From positions 1,408,001 through 1,472,000 of the forward strand of contig CAXXDV010000001.1 in NCBI GenBank assembly GCA_963674745.2: a DNA stretch of 64,000 nucleotides. The letters run 5' to 3'. Shown piece by piece: positions 29,123-39,310 of this stretch. Made by a program: the position numbers and the translations under genes. Positions within the stretch are counted from its first letter, which is position 1. Each line of letters begins with the position of its first letter. This DNA comes from Desulfosudaceae bacterium. GTDB taxonomy: Bacteria > Desulfobacterota > Desulfobacteria > Desulfobacterales > Desulfosudaceae. The notes beneath the pieces are model-generated. The model made no database searches. It saw only the letters and a program-made list of their open reading frames with translations, and was not told where the DNA came from.

Positions 29123-29172
29123 AGGGTTCCAGGATTCAGGGGGGTTCTTGACCCCTTGAATCCTGGAACCCT
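29123..29172. repeat. hairpin built from CCCTTGAA/CCTGGAA-type short repeats
   Basis: agggttccaggattcagggg / ccccttgaatcctggaaccct; related units at 35022, 46947, 47069, 51549 and 54277. Confidence 0.6.
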
Positions 29173-29844
29173 TTATAATACCGCCTCTTTAAGGGCATCA
29201 AGCCCCAGGCGATCAATCATCGCGCCGATACGTTCCACCTTTTTGGCGTTTTCTTTATAATAAGCGACCACTTTTTCAATCAGTTGCAGTGCCTGGTCGG
29301 AATCGATGTCTTCGATCAGGGTGTCGGCCAACCGGGGTCTTCCCGTGCCTTTACCACCCACGGTCAGCACCCAGCCGTCTTTTTTACCGTACAGGCCGAT
29401 ATCCTTGATGCAGTTTTCCGCGCACTGGTTCCGGCAGCCGCTGACACCGATTTTGGTTTTGCTGGGCAAATCCATGCCGTGATAAATTTCATCCAGCTTC
29501 ATGCCCATGCCCAGGCTGTCCTGCTGGCCCAGTCGGCAGAAGGCCGTTCCGGGGCAGGCTTTGACGCTCCTGACGCACATACCCACCGCGTGACCGGGCG
29601 GAATACCCAGGTCATCCCAAACCGCGTCAATATCCGATTCCTTGATACCAACCACGGCGATGCGTGCCGCGCTGGTCACTTTCAGTGCCGCGGCATTGTA
29701 TTTTTCAGCGACGTCGGCCAGCTTTCGCAGTTGATCCGGCGTGACCACGCCGCAGGCCAGATGCGGGGCGATGGCGTATGTCTCCTTGTCCCGCTGCAGT
29801 ACAGCCCCTTTTTCTCCGTCTTTCAGACGGGTTGTTTCACTCAT
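29173..29844 (-). CDS. nitrite/sulfite reductase 4Fe-4S/siroheme-domain protein
   Basis: VRSVKACPGTAFC, KIGVSGCRNQC. Confidence 0.85.
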   Translation of the reverse strand: MSETTRLKDGEKGAVLQRDKETYAIAPHLACGVVTPDQLRKLADVAEKYNAAALKVTSAARIAVVGIKESDIDAVWDDLGIPPGHAVGMCVRSVKACPGTAFCRLGQQDSLGMGMKLDEIYHGMDLPSKTKIGVSGCRNQCAENCIKDIGLYGKKDGWVLTVGGKGTGRPRLADTLIEDIDSDQALQLIEKVVAYYKENAKKVERIGAMIDRLGLDALKEAVL

Positions 29845-29863
29845 ACTTGCTCCTCTCCTCTCT

Positions 29864-30598
29864 TTAATCAAAAGCCATGTCGGTCTTCCAAACCTCCCAA
29901 ACCTTGCCGACCAGGTCCGGTCCCGGCTTTAAGGTCAATTTACCGGGCTGCCAGCCTGAAGGCGTGGCTTCGGTTCCCTTGCTCTTGCGAACGTGCTGAA
30001 AGGCCTGAATCTGCCGCAGGCTTTCACTTACATTTCGTCCAACCGGCGGGGTCAACACTTCAAAACCCTGAACCACGCCGTCGGGATCGATGATAAAACG
30101 GCCCCGGGTTTCCACACCGGCGTCTTCGTCGTAAATGCCATAGGCCGTTCCAACCCGTCCGCCGGCATCCGACAACATGGGGAACGGTACCCCGCCCTTG
30201 ACCATTTTGGAAATTTCGTTATCATCCCACATTTTATGCACAAACATACTGTCAATACTCATGGAAAGGACTTCTACCCCCAGTTTTTTGAACTCACTGT
30301 ATTTTTCAGCAACTGCTGAAATTTCAGTCGCTCAGACAAAGGTGAAGTCACCGGGATAAAAGCACAGCACAACCCATTTACCAAGGTAGTCCGACAGTTT
30401 AACATTGATGAATTTGCCTTTTTGATAGGCCGGTGCGGTAAAATCCGGGGCCTTTTGACCGACTTTAATCATTGGAGCCTCCTTCTTGGGTTGTTGTTTC
30501 TGTTTTTCAGCGTCTTTTTCAGGGGGTTTTTCGCCGACTACGCCGCCGGTAGGCCTGGCACAGCCGACCTTGATTTCTTTTTCCTTTGCTTTTGCCAT
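29864..30598 (-). CDS. prxU: selenocysteine-containing peroxiredoxin (AhpC/PrxU type)
   Basis: Two in-frame ORFs joined by TGA (30332-30334) at the peroxidatic site: [19 protein letters not shown]-like hairpin follows. Confidence 0.9.
30303..30331 (-). promoter_or_regulatory. putative bacterial SECIS element
   Basis: mRNA UUUCAGC-AGUU-GCUGAAA hairpin starting 11 nt after the UGA, with G in the loop. Confidence 0.6.
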
Positions 30599-30659
30599 AG
30601 ACGATTCCTTTGTTAATGATTGAGTATTGACTTGCATTATACGCTTTTTATCTTTCTTG

Positions 30660-30773
30660 TAGTCGTAAAAAGGTCAAGCCCCATCTTAAAATTTGGGGGC
30701 GCGCACATCCTGAGGAATGCAGCGCAACGCAGCCGGCCGCCATGCGGCAGTCGGGCTTTTTACGAAGCCATCA
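30660..30773. repeat. MITE-like inverted-repeat element
   Basis: TCGTAAAAAG...CTTTTTACGA inverted ends; CTTTTTACGAAGCCATCA recurs at 42413-42430. Confidence 0.5.
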
Positions 30774-31109
30774 TTCTTTATGGCATTCGGTGCATTTGAC
30801 CGGCCCGGCTTTCTGACCCGCCTTGGCCAGCTTCTTGTGACAGCCCTGGCATTGTCTCATGACCTGCATTTTTTTGAGCGTACCGGTTTCTTTTAATTGA
30901 ACGATGACACCGGCTTCCTGAGGGAACAGGTTGTGACACTGCTCGCAGTCACCCAGCACCTTCTGGTGAAGCTCATGGGGAAGGGTTACGTCGGCCTTTT
31001 TGCCGCCGGGAATAACCAGCGTCGGCGCGCCCATGTTTTTTTCCGCGGCAACCGCAGCCACCATCATCAGAATCGTTGAGATAACAATTAAAAAACCGGT
31101 TTTTTTCAT
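30771..31109 (-). CDS. periplasmic class III-type cytochrome c with 3 heme motifs
   Basis: Signal peptide; CEQCH, CQGCH, CTECH. Confidence 0.85.
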   Translation of the reverse strand: MKKTGFLIVISTILMMVAAVAAEKNMGAPTLVIPGGKKADVTLPHELHQKVLGDCEQCHNLFPQEAGVIVQLKETGTLKKMQVMRQCQGCHKKLAKAGQKAGPVKCTECHKE

Positions 31110-31131
31110 TAGAGCAACCCCTTTTCGAGTA

Positions 31132-32145
31132 TTAATATTCCAGGTCATCTTCCGTAATCTTTCCCTTGAATAGCAGATAAGCCCATGTCTGATAACCGAT
31201 CACCACCGGGATAACCAGTATAACCACCACCAGCATGATTTTCAAGGTCAGCGGGCTGGAAGAGGCATTGTAGGCCGTTAAATGAAACTGGTCACCCATG
31301 CTCGAGGGAAACAGCCTCGGAAACAGACCGATGATCCCGAAAAATGTGCACAGCACAATGGTCAGGGCCGATGAGAACCAGGCTTTGGCCCAGGCCTGTT
31401 TTTTTAAAAAGAGCTTAATCCCCAGCAGGGCGACGACGTCCGCCAGTAAAACAATAAACAGGGCCGGGTGGGCCAGGTAATTGTCATACAGGTCGGTGGC
31501 CGTCCAGGTGGCGATCAGAAAAACAACCGCCAGAACAAGAAGAACATACCAGACTTTATTCGCGGCTGCCACGGTTCGATCATGAAGTTCGCCTTCCGTT
31601 TTCATGCACAGCCATAATGCGCCGTGCTGAATGAACAGGACCAGAAACAACGCCCCGCCCAGCAGTCCATAGGGATTAAGTAAAGAAAACAGGGTGCCGT
31701 AATAGCCCTGGTCATCAAAAGGCAGGCCTTTGAAAATATTGGCAAAAGCCACGCCGAACAACAGGGCCGGCGCCGCGCTGCCGATAAAAATAGTGGTGTC
31801 CCAGACTTTTTTCCAGGCAGGATGGTCAATTTTACCCCGGAACTCAAAAGAAACGCCCCGTATGATCAGGGCAAATAGAATCAGCATCAGGGCCGAGTAA
31901 AGCGAGGAAAACATGGTGGCATAAACAAGCGGAAAAGCGGCAAAGGTGACGCCGCCGGCAGCAACCAGCCAGACTTCGTTGCCGTCCCACAGGGGACCGA
32001 GAGAATTGATCATGACACGCCGGTCGGTATCGTTTTTGCCTAAAAAAGGATACAGCGTACCGACACCGAAATCAAAGCCGTCGGTCATGAAAAACACGGC
32101 CCACAAAAGCCCCCAGAGAAAAAACCATATGGCTTCCAGACTCAT
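31132..32145 (-). CDS. cydB: cytochrome bd oxidase subunit II
   Basis: DGFDFGVG, PLWDGNEVWL. Confidence 0.95.
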   Translation of the reverse strand: MSLEAIWFFLWGLLWAVFFMTDGFDFGVGTLYPFLGKNDTDRRVMINSLGPLWDGNEVWLVAAGGVTFAAFPLVYATMFSSLYSALMLILFALIIRGVSFEFRGKIDHPAWKKVWDTTIFIGSAAPALLFGVAFANIFKGLPFDDQGYYGTLFSLLNPYGLLGGALFLVLFIQHGALWLCMKTEGELHDRTVAAANKVWYVLLVLAVVFLIATWTATDLYDNYLAHPALFIVLLADVVALLGIKLFLKKQAWAKAWFSSALTIVLCTFFGIIGLFPRLFPSSMGDQFHLTAYNASSSPLTLKIMLVVVILVIPVVIGYQTWAYLLFKGKITEDDLEY

Positions 32146-33461
32146 ATCACACCTCCCTCGGCCACAGGCCCTTTTTTGGCGTTTTGCCAGATCAGGAAAA
32201 TACCGGCCATCCCCAACAGGCCATATACAACAACAAATCCGATCAGAGAGGTCAGTACCTGTCCACCGGAGATTACCGGAGATACCGCCTGCGATGTTTT
32301 CATGATGCCATATACGATCCACGGCTGACGCCCCACTTCGGCCACGATCCAGCCGAGCTGCACGGCCGCATAGGGCAGCGGCAGAGACAAGAGCATGATC
32401 AGCAGGTACCACCGGTTTTCCAGCAGTCGGTTTCGGAGAAAAACGCCCGCTAACGTGGCCAGGCAGAAATAAAAGCCAAGACCGACCATTAACTTAAAGG
32501 CCGTGTAGGTCACCAGCACCGGCGGCCTTTCATCTTTGGGAAATTCCTTCAACCCTTTAACTTCGCTGGTAAAATCATGGTATGCCATAAGGCTCAGGCC
32601 CCATGGGATTTTTCCGATTTCGATGATGTTGCGTTCATTTTTATCATCCGGCAGGGCAAACAGGTAAAGCGGAGCGGGGGCTGATGTCTCCCAGTGCGCG
32701 TCTAAAGCGGCCATTTTGGCGGGCTGGCTGTGGGCCAGGTCCGCGCCGTGCATGTGCCCTTCAATCACTTCAACAAAAGAAAACACCAGGCCGAAGATCA
32801 GGGCGATTTTGAATGAACGGGTAAATACCTCCACGTGCTGCTTTTTCAGTAGATGATAAGCGCTGATGCCCATCACGAAAAAAGCACTTAAAATATAAGC
32901 GGCACTGAGGGTATGGACGATTTCCAGAATGGCGAAGCGCTGGGTGATGATTGCCAGAAAGTCGGCCAGCTCGGCCCGGCCGTTGCGCATGACGTAACCG
33001 ACCGGATGCTGCATCCAGGCGTTGGCGATCAGAATCCAGAAGGCGGAAAACGTGCCGGCCAGGGCGACCAGCCACATGACCGCGGCATGCGCTTTGGCTG
33101 AAAGCTTTTTCCAGCCGAAAATCCAGACACCGATCAGAACCGACTCCAGAAAAAACGCCACAGATGCTTCGATGGCCAGAAGCGAGCCGAAGATATCGCC
33201 CACAAAGGCCGAATAGTTGGACCAGTTGGTCCCGAATTGAAATTCCAGCGTAATACCGGTTACAACGCCCAGGGCAAAATTGATCAGAAACAGTTTGCCC
33301 CAGAAGCGGGTCATGACAAGCCATGTTTTGTCTCCGGTCCTGGCATACCGGGTTTCCATCCAGGCGATCATGAGTGCCAGTCCCAGGGTCAGCGGAACAA
33401 AGATAAAGTGGAACATGGTCGCAGCGGCAAATTGAAGCCGGGACAAAATAAGCGGATCCAT
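32142..33461 (-). CDS. cydA: cytochrome bd oxidase subunit I
   Basis: FHFIFVPLT, EFQFGTNW, EVGRQPW. Confidence 0.96.
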   Translation of the reverse strand: MDPLILSRLQFAAATMFHFIFVPLTLGLALMIAWMETRYARTGDKTWLVMTRFWGKLFLINFALGVVTGITLEFQFGTNWSNYSAFVGDIFGSLLAIEASVAFFLESVLIGVWIFGWKKLSAKAHAAVMWLVALAGTFSAFWILIANAWMQHPVGYVMRNGRAELADFLAIITQRFAILEIVHTLSAAYILSAFFVMGISAYHLLKKQHVEVFTRSFKIALIFGLVFSFVEVIEGHMHGADLAHSQPAKMAALDAHWETSAPAPLYLFALPDDKNERNIIEIGKIPWGLSLMAYHDFTSEVKGLKEFPKDERPPVLVTYTAFKLMVGLGFYFCLATLAGVFLRNRLLENRWYLLIMLLSLPLPYAAVQLGWIVAEVGRQPWIVYGIMKTSQAVSPVISGGQVLTSLIGFVVVYGLLGMAGIFLIWQNAKKGPVAEGGVI

Positions 33462-33521
33462 TGCTTTCCCCCCCTTTAAGGTTTAATATCGGCCGGATTA
33501 TTCCAAGCTGTCAAGCGGTTG

Positions 33522-33956
33522 TCATTTTATTTTAGCAGCCAGTTCCTTACAGAAATTCGGGATTGATTTAGAGGCTATTTTCGAAGTCCCTGATGAAACC
33601 ATCAACGGTTCTCTGATCGTATCCATCCGAAAAACAAAAGTTATCGTATCATGAATGCGTTTCGGTGCTTCCCCGCTCCACCCATAAGCGCCGAAGGTAG
33701 CGCCCGCTTTTCCGTTCAGTTCCGATTTTTCGGCCATAAGCAGTACGTCTTTCATGCTTTCGGTCATTTCCCCGAAATATGTGGGTGAGCCGAATACATA
33801 CGCATCGTAGCCGAATAAACCTCTTGTTGTTTTGATATCACTTGCCTCAACGATCTTAACGTCCATGTTTAAAGACCGCAGCTCTTCAGCGATCAGTTCT
33901 GCGAGTTTAAGCGTCTCGCCGCCTTTAGTGGCATAAACAACGATTACTTTGGGCAT
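33522..33956 (-). CDS. flavodoxin-like protein
   Basis: GSPTY, FGAYGWSGEA. Confidence 0.85.
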   Translation of the reverse strand: MPKVIVVYATKGGETLKLAELIAEELRSLNMDVKIVEASDIKTTRGLFGYDAYVFGSPTYFGEMTESMKDVLLMAEKSELNGKAGATFGAYGWSGEAPKRIHDTITFVFRMDTIREPLMVSSGTSKIASKSIPNFCKELAAKIK

Positions 33957-34025
33957 GTTTTCTTTCCGGTTTGATTTAATCCATAGAACGCAAAAAAAGG
34001 TGTTCCCGGGTTTTGTGGCCGCATG

Positions 34026-34460
34026 TCAGCTTATTTTGACGGCGATTTCACGGCCGTAATCCTGGGCCATTTTAAGGCCGCCCTGCAAAGAACTGGATTT
34101 AAGCATTAACGGATTTTCTGTCATGTCCATGCCAAAAATATTTTTCATGGTTTCGTAAATTCGTTCCGGCGCTTCACCGCTCCATCCAAAGGCCCCGAAA
34201 GCGCCCCCTGCCTTGCCGGTCAGTTCGGCTTTTTCCGCTAAAAACAAAAATGTTTTCATGCTGTTGGTCATTTCTCCGTGATAGGTCGGTGAACCAAATA
34301 TGTAAGCGTCATATCCGGCCAGGTCACTTTCTTTTTTAAAATCTTTGGCATCGGCCAGTGTCACGTCAACAGCTGAAAAGCGCAGTCCTTCGGCGATCAG
34401 TTCGGCAATTTTCAGGGTTTCTTCTTTTCTGGTGGTATATACAATCAATGCTTTGGGCAT
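34026..34460 (-). CDS. flavodoxin-like protein (tandem paralog)
   Basis: GSPTY, FGAFGWSGEA. Confidence 0.85.
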   Translation of the reverse strand: MPKALIVYTTRKEETLKIAELIAEGLRFSAVDVTLADAKDFKKESDLAGYDAYIFGSPTYHGEMTNSMKTFLFLAEKAELTGKAGGAFGAFGWSGEAPERIYETMKNIFGMDMTENPLMLKSSSLQGGLKMAQDYGREIAVKIS

Positions 34461-34590
34461 GGACCGGCTCCTCTTCAAAAGGTGTCTGTACAGGTGTTGT
34501 CAGGCAGGGATGCAGAATCGGTGTTAATATGAACGGGTATCGACCCTGCACCCCTTAACCAAATTTTAATTAAAAAAATAAGTATTTACA

Positions 34591-34965
34591 TCAGGCTTTC
34601 CACAAACCGTGGAGGTTGCAGTATTCACGGGCCGTGACCTGCGAGGCGGTGGTTTTGAACTCCGCTTCAGGCGCGTCGCCCGGTTTTAAGAACTGGATAC
34701 AGCTTTTACCATCGGCAATCAGCTCAATCCACTGGATGAAATGTTTTTCTTCCATGGGGTGGGCCACATCGCCGACTTTAACTTTGACACCGTCAGCGGT
34801 TTTTTCAATTACAGGAACATGTTTTTCTTTGGCGGCGTCCACGGTATTCTCTGTCAACAGAGTCATGTCCTGTCCGCAGCAGACCAGGGTGCCGTCGCTG
34901 CCATGAAGCACCTCAACGATGTTTCCGCACAATTCGCATTTGTAAATCTGAAATCTTTCAGCCAT
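34591..34965 (-). CDS. dfx: desulfoferrodoxin / superoxide reductase
   Basis: YKCELCGN...[23 protein letters not shown]. Confidence 0.95.
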   Translation of the reverse strand: MAERFQIYKCELCGNIVEVLHGSDGTLVCCGQDMTLLTENTVDAAKEKHVPVIEKTADGVKVKVGDVAHPMEEKHFIQWIELIADGKSCIQFLKPGDAPEAEFKTTASQVTAREYCNLHGLWKA

Positions 34966-35126
34966 TTTTCCTCCTCCTAAATTTTTGATAGGTTAAATTA
35001 AGGGTGTTTTCGATTCACTTGACCCCTTGGTCCCTTGAATCCTTGAACCCTTAAAAATATGTATAGAGTGTTAACAGTTGCCCTGTTGATTTGGGCCTTA
35101 AGCTGGAGATAAACCAAAATTAAAAA

Positions 35127-35702
35127 TTACCAGTTTTCACCCAGCAGTTCAAAATGGGCCTGGGGATGGGCACAGGCAGGGCACATTTCAGGGGCTCCCG
35201 CACCTTCATGCAGATAACCACAGTTGCGGCAACGCCAGACCGTGGGTTCATCCCGCTTAAAAACAACGCCTTTTTCAATATTTGCGGCCAGGTCACGGTA
35301 TCGTTTTTCATGCTGCTTTTCAGCCACGGAAATTTTTTCAAAAACAATGGCAACATCTTCGAACCCTTCTTCCCGGGCAATTTTTGCAAATTCCGGATAC
35401 ATGGTGGTATGTTCGTAGTTTTCACCGGCGGCCGCGGCCTTCAGGTTCTCCAGGGTGGTGCCGATGACACCGGCCGGAAACGCCCCGGTGACTTCAATTT
35501 CACCACCTTCCAGAAACTTGAAAAACCGTTTCGCATGCTCTTTTTCCTGGTTCGCGGTTTCTTCAAAAATATCGGCAATCTGAACATAGCCGTCTTTCCT
35601 GGCCTGTCCGGCAAAATAGGTGTACCGGTTTCTTGCCTGGGATTCGCCGGCAAATGACAGCAGTAAGTTTTTTTCGGTTTGAGTGCCTTTCAGTCTTCCC
35701 AT
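35127..35702 (-). CDS. rbr: rubrerythrin
   Basis: FAGESQARNRY, EKEHA, C-terminal CRNCG...CPAC. Confidence 0.95.
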   Translation of the reverse strand: MGRLKGTQTEKNLLLSFAGESQARNRYTYFAGQARKDGYVQIADIFEETANQEKEHAKRFFKFLEGGEIEVTGAFPAGVIGTTLENLKAAAAGENYEHTTMYPEFAKIAREEGFEDVAIVFEKISVAEKQHEKRYRDLAANIEKGVVFKRDEPTVWRCRNCGYLHEGAGAPEMCPACAHPQAHFELLGENW

Positions 35703-35764
35703 TTTTCCTCCTTTTTAGGTTACAGCGTTTTTAGTGTGAAATTACGAATAAAAGCGCAGGAGAA

Positions 35765-35968
35765 CTATTCCTGCCACCAGCCTTTTTTGATGTGTTCCTG
35801 TTTTTCTTCCTCTGCCAGTTTGCGGATCCGGTAAGCCGAATCAAGCATTATGCCATACAGGACACCGCAGCCGGAGTCTTCCCGCTCGGCGTCGCCCTGG
35901 GTGGCCAGAGAGATTAACTGGTTCGCAATTTCGATTGTTTTTTTTATGTTTTGATCACAGGGTTTCAA
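35765..35968 (-). CDS. small hypothetical protein
   Basis: 67-aa ORF with GDAEREDSGCGVLYG. Confidence 0.65.
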   Translation of the reverse strand: MKPCDQNIKKTIEIANQLISLATQGDAEREDSGCGVLYGIMLDSAYRIRKLAEEEKQEHIKKGWWQE

Positions 35969-36006
35969 TTTATTCTTAAGCCTGCTGGTAAGTTATCTCT
36001 ATATTA

Positions 36007-36023
36007 TTCAACTTGCGTGCCAA
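36007..36023 (-). promoter_or_regulatory. possible sigma-54 promoter
   Basis: TTGGCACGCAAGTTGAA (GG-N10-GA variant of -24/-12). Confidence 0.4.
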
Positions 36024-36138
36024 ACAGCCTCGCCTTGAGGAAAAAAATATATACTTTGGATTCAGTTAGTTGGAGAAATAGAACAGCCGTTCTTTTAAAA
36101 CGCGTTTGTCGCTGAACAAAACCTGAAACAGTTTTGTA

Positions 36139-36966
36139 TCAGGCAGCCGGCTCGCACAGTAACTGCCGCAGCCGCTCACTTAAAAACATAATGGATTCGA
36201 TATCCAGGTGTTCGGTAATGGTTTCGTCAAAAAGCAGCCGGGCCTCGGCCTCAAACCCGTCCGCCGCTTCTTCGTCCCAGAACATCAGCATCAGCGGCAC
36301 CCGGGGAAGTGCCTGAAAATAGAGGGCTGCGTCGGCTGATTCGCTCTCGGCTGTCCTGTCCAGCCCCCCCAGGCTGGCGGCCGCGTCAAGCAGTTGACCG
36401 ACGTTTCCTTTAAAGGCTTTTTTGAGTGGCTCTTCCACATGGCTTTTCATGGATTTTATTTTCGAAACCGTGTTGGGAAACTCCACCAGGCCCTTCCATT
36501 TACCGGTGGGCTCAACCTTGCCGCCCTGGGCCATATGATTGAGAATAAACACCTGTTCCCAGCGGGTGAGCGGGGTCCCGTCAGGGTGGGTGACGTCATC
36601 CCGGGTGATCAGAATAAAGTCATTAAAATAAGGCAACTCAAGAGCCGGTTGACCGTTTTTTACCAACAACCGCCCGCCGATGCGTTCCGGCAGGTCCCGG
36701 ATGTCCATGGAGGCTGAGCGCTGTTTCGCCCAATTCAAGGCGTCTTCGGCCATGTCCCGTTTTGTCCATTTTCCGGCAGCATATTGCGCCTGCAGTTCGT
36801 TCTGGCAGGCGGCCACTGTTTCGGGTGACAGATAGGGACACTTGTCCAGGGGGAGCTGTTCCGAAACCACCATGCTGGCGAAAGCCAGGCAGGTTGTAAA
36901 GCCGCAATCACCGCAATTGGTCTTGGGCAATACATTTTTATACAGGTCAAGGGCGGAAAGCGGCAT
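36139..36966 (-). CDS. Fe-S domain + DUF3786-like protein
   Basis: LPKTNCGDCGFTTCLAFA...CP N-terminus. Confidence 0.75.
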   Translation of the reverse strand: MPLSALDLYKNVLPKTNCGDCGFTTCLAFASMVVSEQLPLDKCPYLSPETVAACQNELQAQYAAGKWTKRDMAEDALNWAKQRSASMDIRDLPERIGGRLLVKNGQPALELPYFNDFILITRDDVTHPDGTPLTRWEQVFILNHMAQGGKVEPTGKWKGLVEFPNTVSKIKSMKSHVEEPLKKAFKGNVGQLLDAAASLGGLDRTAESESADAALYFQALPRVPLMLMFWDEEAADGFEAEARLLFDETITEHLDIESIMFLSERLRQLLCEPAA

Positions 36967-36984
36967 TGTCGCGACTCCGGAACG

Positions 36985-38211
36985 TTACCATCGCTTGTTT
37001 TCCAGATAATCAATGTTTTCTTGGATCGTTTTTGTCTGAGGATGGTCGTCCCCCAGGGCAATCCTGTATACCTTCAGTGCTTTTTTAAAGTATTCAATGG
37101 CCCGGTCCTTATCACCTTTTCCATGATAGGCGTAAGCCAGGTTATTATAAGAGGTTGCCACATTGAGGTGATTCTGTCCCAGGGTGTCAAGGCAGATGTT
37201 AAGATCTTTGGTGTAATATTCAATGGCCCGGTCAAAATCGCCTTTTTCCCGATAGGCTTCGCCCAGGTTATTGTAAGTCGTGGCCACATCAGGATGGCTT
37301 TCCCCCAGGGCTTGAATCTGGATTTTCCAGGCGCTCATGTAAGCTTCAATGGCCTGATCATATTCGCCGTCGCGGTGCAGGGCCAGCCCCAGGCGATTGT
37401 AGGCGGCAGCTATATCAGGATCATTCTTGTCCGGGCTTTGGCGATCAATATCAAGCGCTTTTTGATAGTATACGACGGCCCGGTCATATCTTTTTTTGTT
37501 GGAATACAGGCGCCCCAGCCATACATATGCAGGACCGTATTCGGGGTTCAGTTTGACTGTAGTGGCAAGGCAGCCAATAATTTTATTGGCCGTTTCATCC
37601 GACAGTGGCTGCTGTCCGGACAGGTCGAGGGCATTGTTGTACCAGACAACGGCCAACAACATTCTGGTTGTGTTTTGGATAGCATTTTTTAAAGCCGCTT
37701 TTTCTTCTTCCGCAGCCGTTTCAGCATCCCGGTTTTTTTTGATCAGGTTGTTGAACGTTGACAACAGCTCGGTTTCCTGTTTTCGGATTTCCTGATATTG
37801 TTTGATGCGGGCACTGTCATTCAGCAGTTTTGCAACGTCGGTTTCCAGTGTATCCGGATCTACACTGACCCGAACCATGGCCTCGAAAGCAGACCCATCT
37901 TCAGTGACAAAACTTTTTTGGGGAACGATACTGGATTTCATAACACCGGCGGCCAATACCGGAAATTCATCTCTTGAAATCCCCGCCTGGTTTACGACGG
38001 GCAGGCCTTCAATATAATCACCGGCGATAATCAGTGCCGACCGTTTGGCTTTTACGGTGGCAATCACACTGGCATCATCCGAGGACAAACTGCCGCTGAA
38101 CGGCTGGCGGCTTGTGCTTTCAATGGTCCGAATACCGGCTGAGACCGCCGCCGGAAATATCAGGAAAAAAACCAGCAAACCAAAGAGAACAAAATAGATT
38201 GATCTTGCCAT
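36985..38211 (-). CDS. exported TPR-repeat protein
   Basis: HPDVATTYNNLG-type TPR repeats; signal peptide. Confidence 0.85.
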   Translation of the reverse strand: MARSIYFVLFGLLVFFLIFPAAVSAGIRTIESTSRQPFSGSLSSDDASVIATVKAKRSALIIAGDYIEGLPVVNQAGISRDEFPVLAAGVMKSSIVPQKSFVTEDGSAFEAMVRVSVDPDTLETDVAKLLNDSARIKQYQEIRKQETELLSTFNNLIKKNRDAETAAEEEKAALKNAIQNTTRMLLAVVWYNNALDLSGQQPLSDETANKIIGCLATTVKLNPEYGPAYVWLGRLYSNKKRYDRAVVYYQKALDIDRQSPDKNDPDIAAAYNRLGLALHRDGEYDQAIEAYMSAWKIQIQALGESHPDVATTYNNLGEAYREKGDFDRAIEYYTKDLNICLDTLGQNHLNVATSYNNLAYAYHGKGDKDRAIEYFKKALKVYRIALGDDHPQTKTIQENIDYLENKRW

Positions 38212-38462
38212 ATTCTGGGATCCTCCTTGTGAATATATCCTATAAACTATATAGTGTTTTAGCGATTACGTCAAGGCTGAGGATGTCTTCAGGCCTTATT
38301 GTCGGGAGCCGGCAATGATAATGAATTATATTCCGGTTTCTCAGGATTGTGGAATTGATGTTGACAGAGAACCTTCAGATTATTATATTTTTCTTATAAA
38401 TGAATTCGTAAACAATCTTATTGCCTATAACCGTATTTAGGCGTTATCAACAAGGAGGGAAC

Positions 38463-38648
38463 ATGAGCACACCTCAACATTGTCCCGGGTTTGAACAGTT
38501 CAAAAACCTGAAGTCCTTTGTCTGCAACTGCCCCGAGTGCGGCACGGCCAAGGAAATTTTTTCAGACGAGTTCGACAAGCGCCACAAATGTGACAACTGC
38601 GGAAAGGAAATTGATTTTACCCAGTGCAAGCTGGATGCGGGCGCCTGA
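38463..38648 (+). CDS. small CxxC zinc-ribbon protein
   Basis: CPECG, CDNCG; RBS AGGAGG. Confidence 0.65.
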   Translation: MSTPQHCPGFEQFKNLKSFVCNCPECGTAKEIFSDEFDKRHKCDNCGKEIDFTQCKLDAGA

Positions 38649-38770
38649 TCCCGGGTGGTTTAAAATTGTCGAAGAGAGATGAAAAAAAATAGCGGTTATT
38701 TTAAAATGAAAGGGTACCTCTAAAAAAAGCCATTTTTAGAGGCGTCCTAAAGAAAGTGGAGATTTGATTA

Positions 38771-39232
38771 ATGAGTGAATATACCTGTCGTTCCATGAAA
38801 GACGTTATTGAGTTTGCAACCAAACGGGAAGAAGAGGCCAGGGATTTTTATCTTCAATGCCGGGACAAGATCAAAAACCAGGGGCTTAAGGACTTTTTTC
38901 AGGAACTGGCCGATGAGGAGCAGAAGCACTTCGACCTGCTGAAGGCACGGGATGTCAGCAACCTTGGAGATTTTGAACCGGCCGAGGTGCAGAACCTGAA
39001 ACTGAGTGATTTCATGGTGGATGTTCATTTTTCTCCGGACATGAATTATCAGGAAGCCCTGACCCTGGCCATGAAAAAAGAGGAAAAGGCCCATAGCTTT
39101 TACGCTGCCTGGCAGAATCGCTGCGGTGATGGTGAAACAGCCAAACTGTTCGAATTTCTGGCCGGTGAAGAGATGAAGCACAAGCGGAAAATAGAAGACG
39201 TCTTTGACGAAGATATTCTGATGTGGAATTGA
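38771..39232 (+). CDS. ferritin-like (rubrerythrin diiron domain) protein
   Basis: Two E..FY...EExxH repeats. Confidence 0.85.
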   Translation: MSEYTCRSMKDVIEFATKREEEARDFYLQCRDKIKNQGLKDFFQELADEEQKHFDLLKARDVSNLGDFEPAEVQNLKLSDFMVDVHFSPDMNYQEALTLAMKKEEKAHSFYAAWQNRCGDGETAKLFEFLAGEEMKHKRKIEDVFDEDILMWN

Positions 39233-39310
39233 TCGGTTCGGTGTTTTACCGGCAGATCCGATTTTCACTGATGCTGTTTTTTTTAAATTAATTTTAGCTG
39301 ATCATTCCGG

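Noticed and set aside
30332..30637. Peroxiredoxin pseudogene or two separate genes
   Set aside because: TGA lies exactly at the catalytic residue, in frame, with a SECIS-like hairpin
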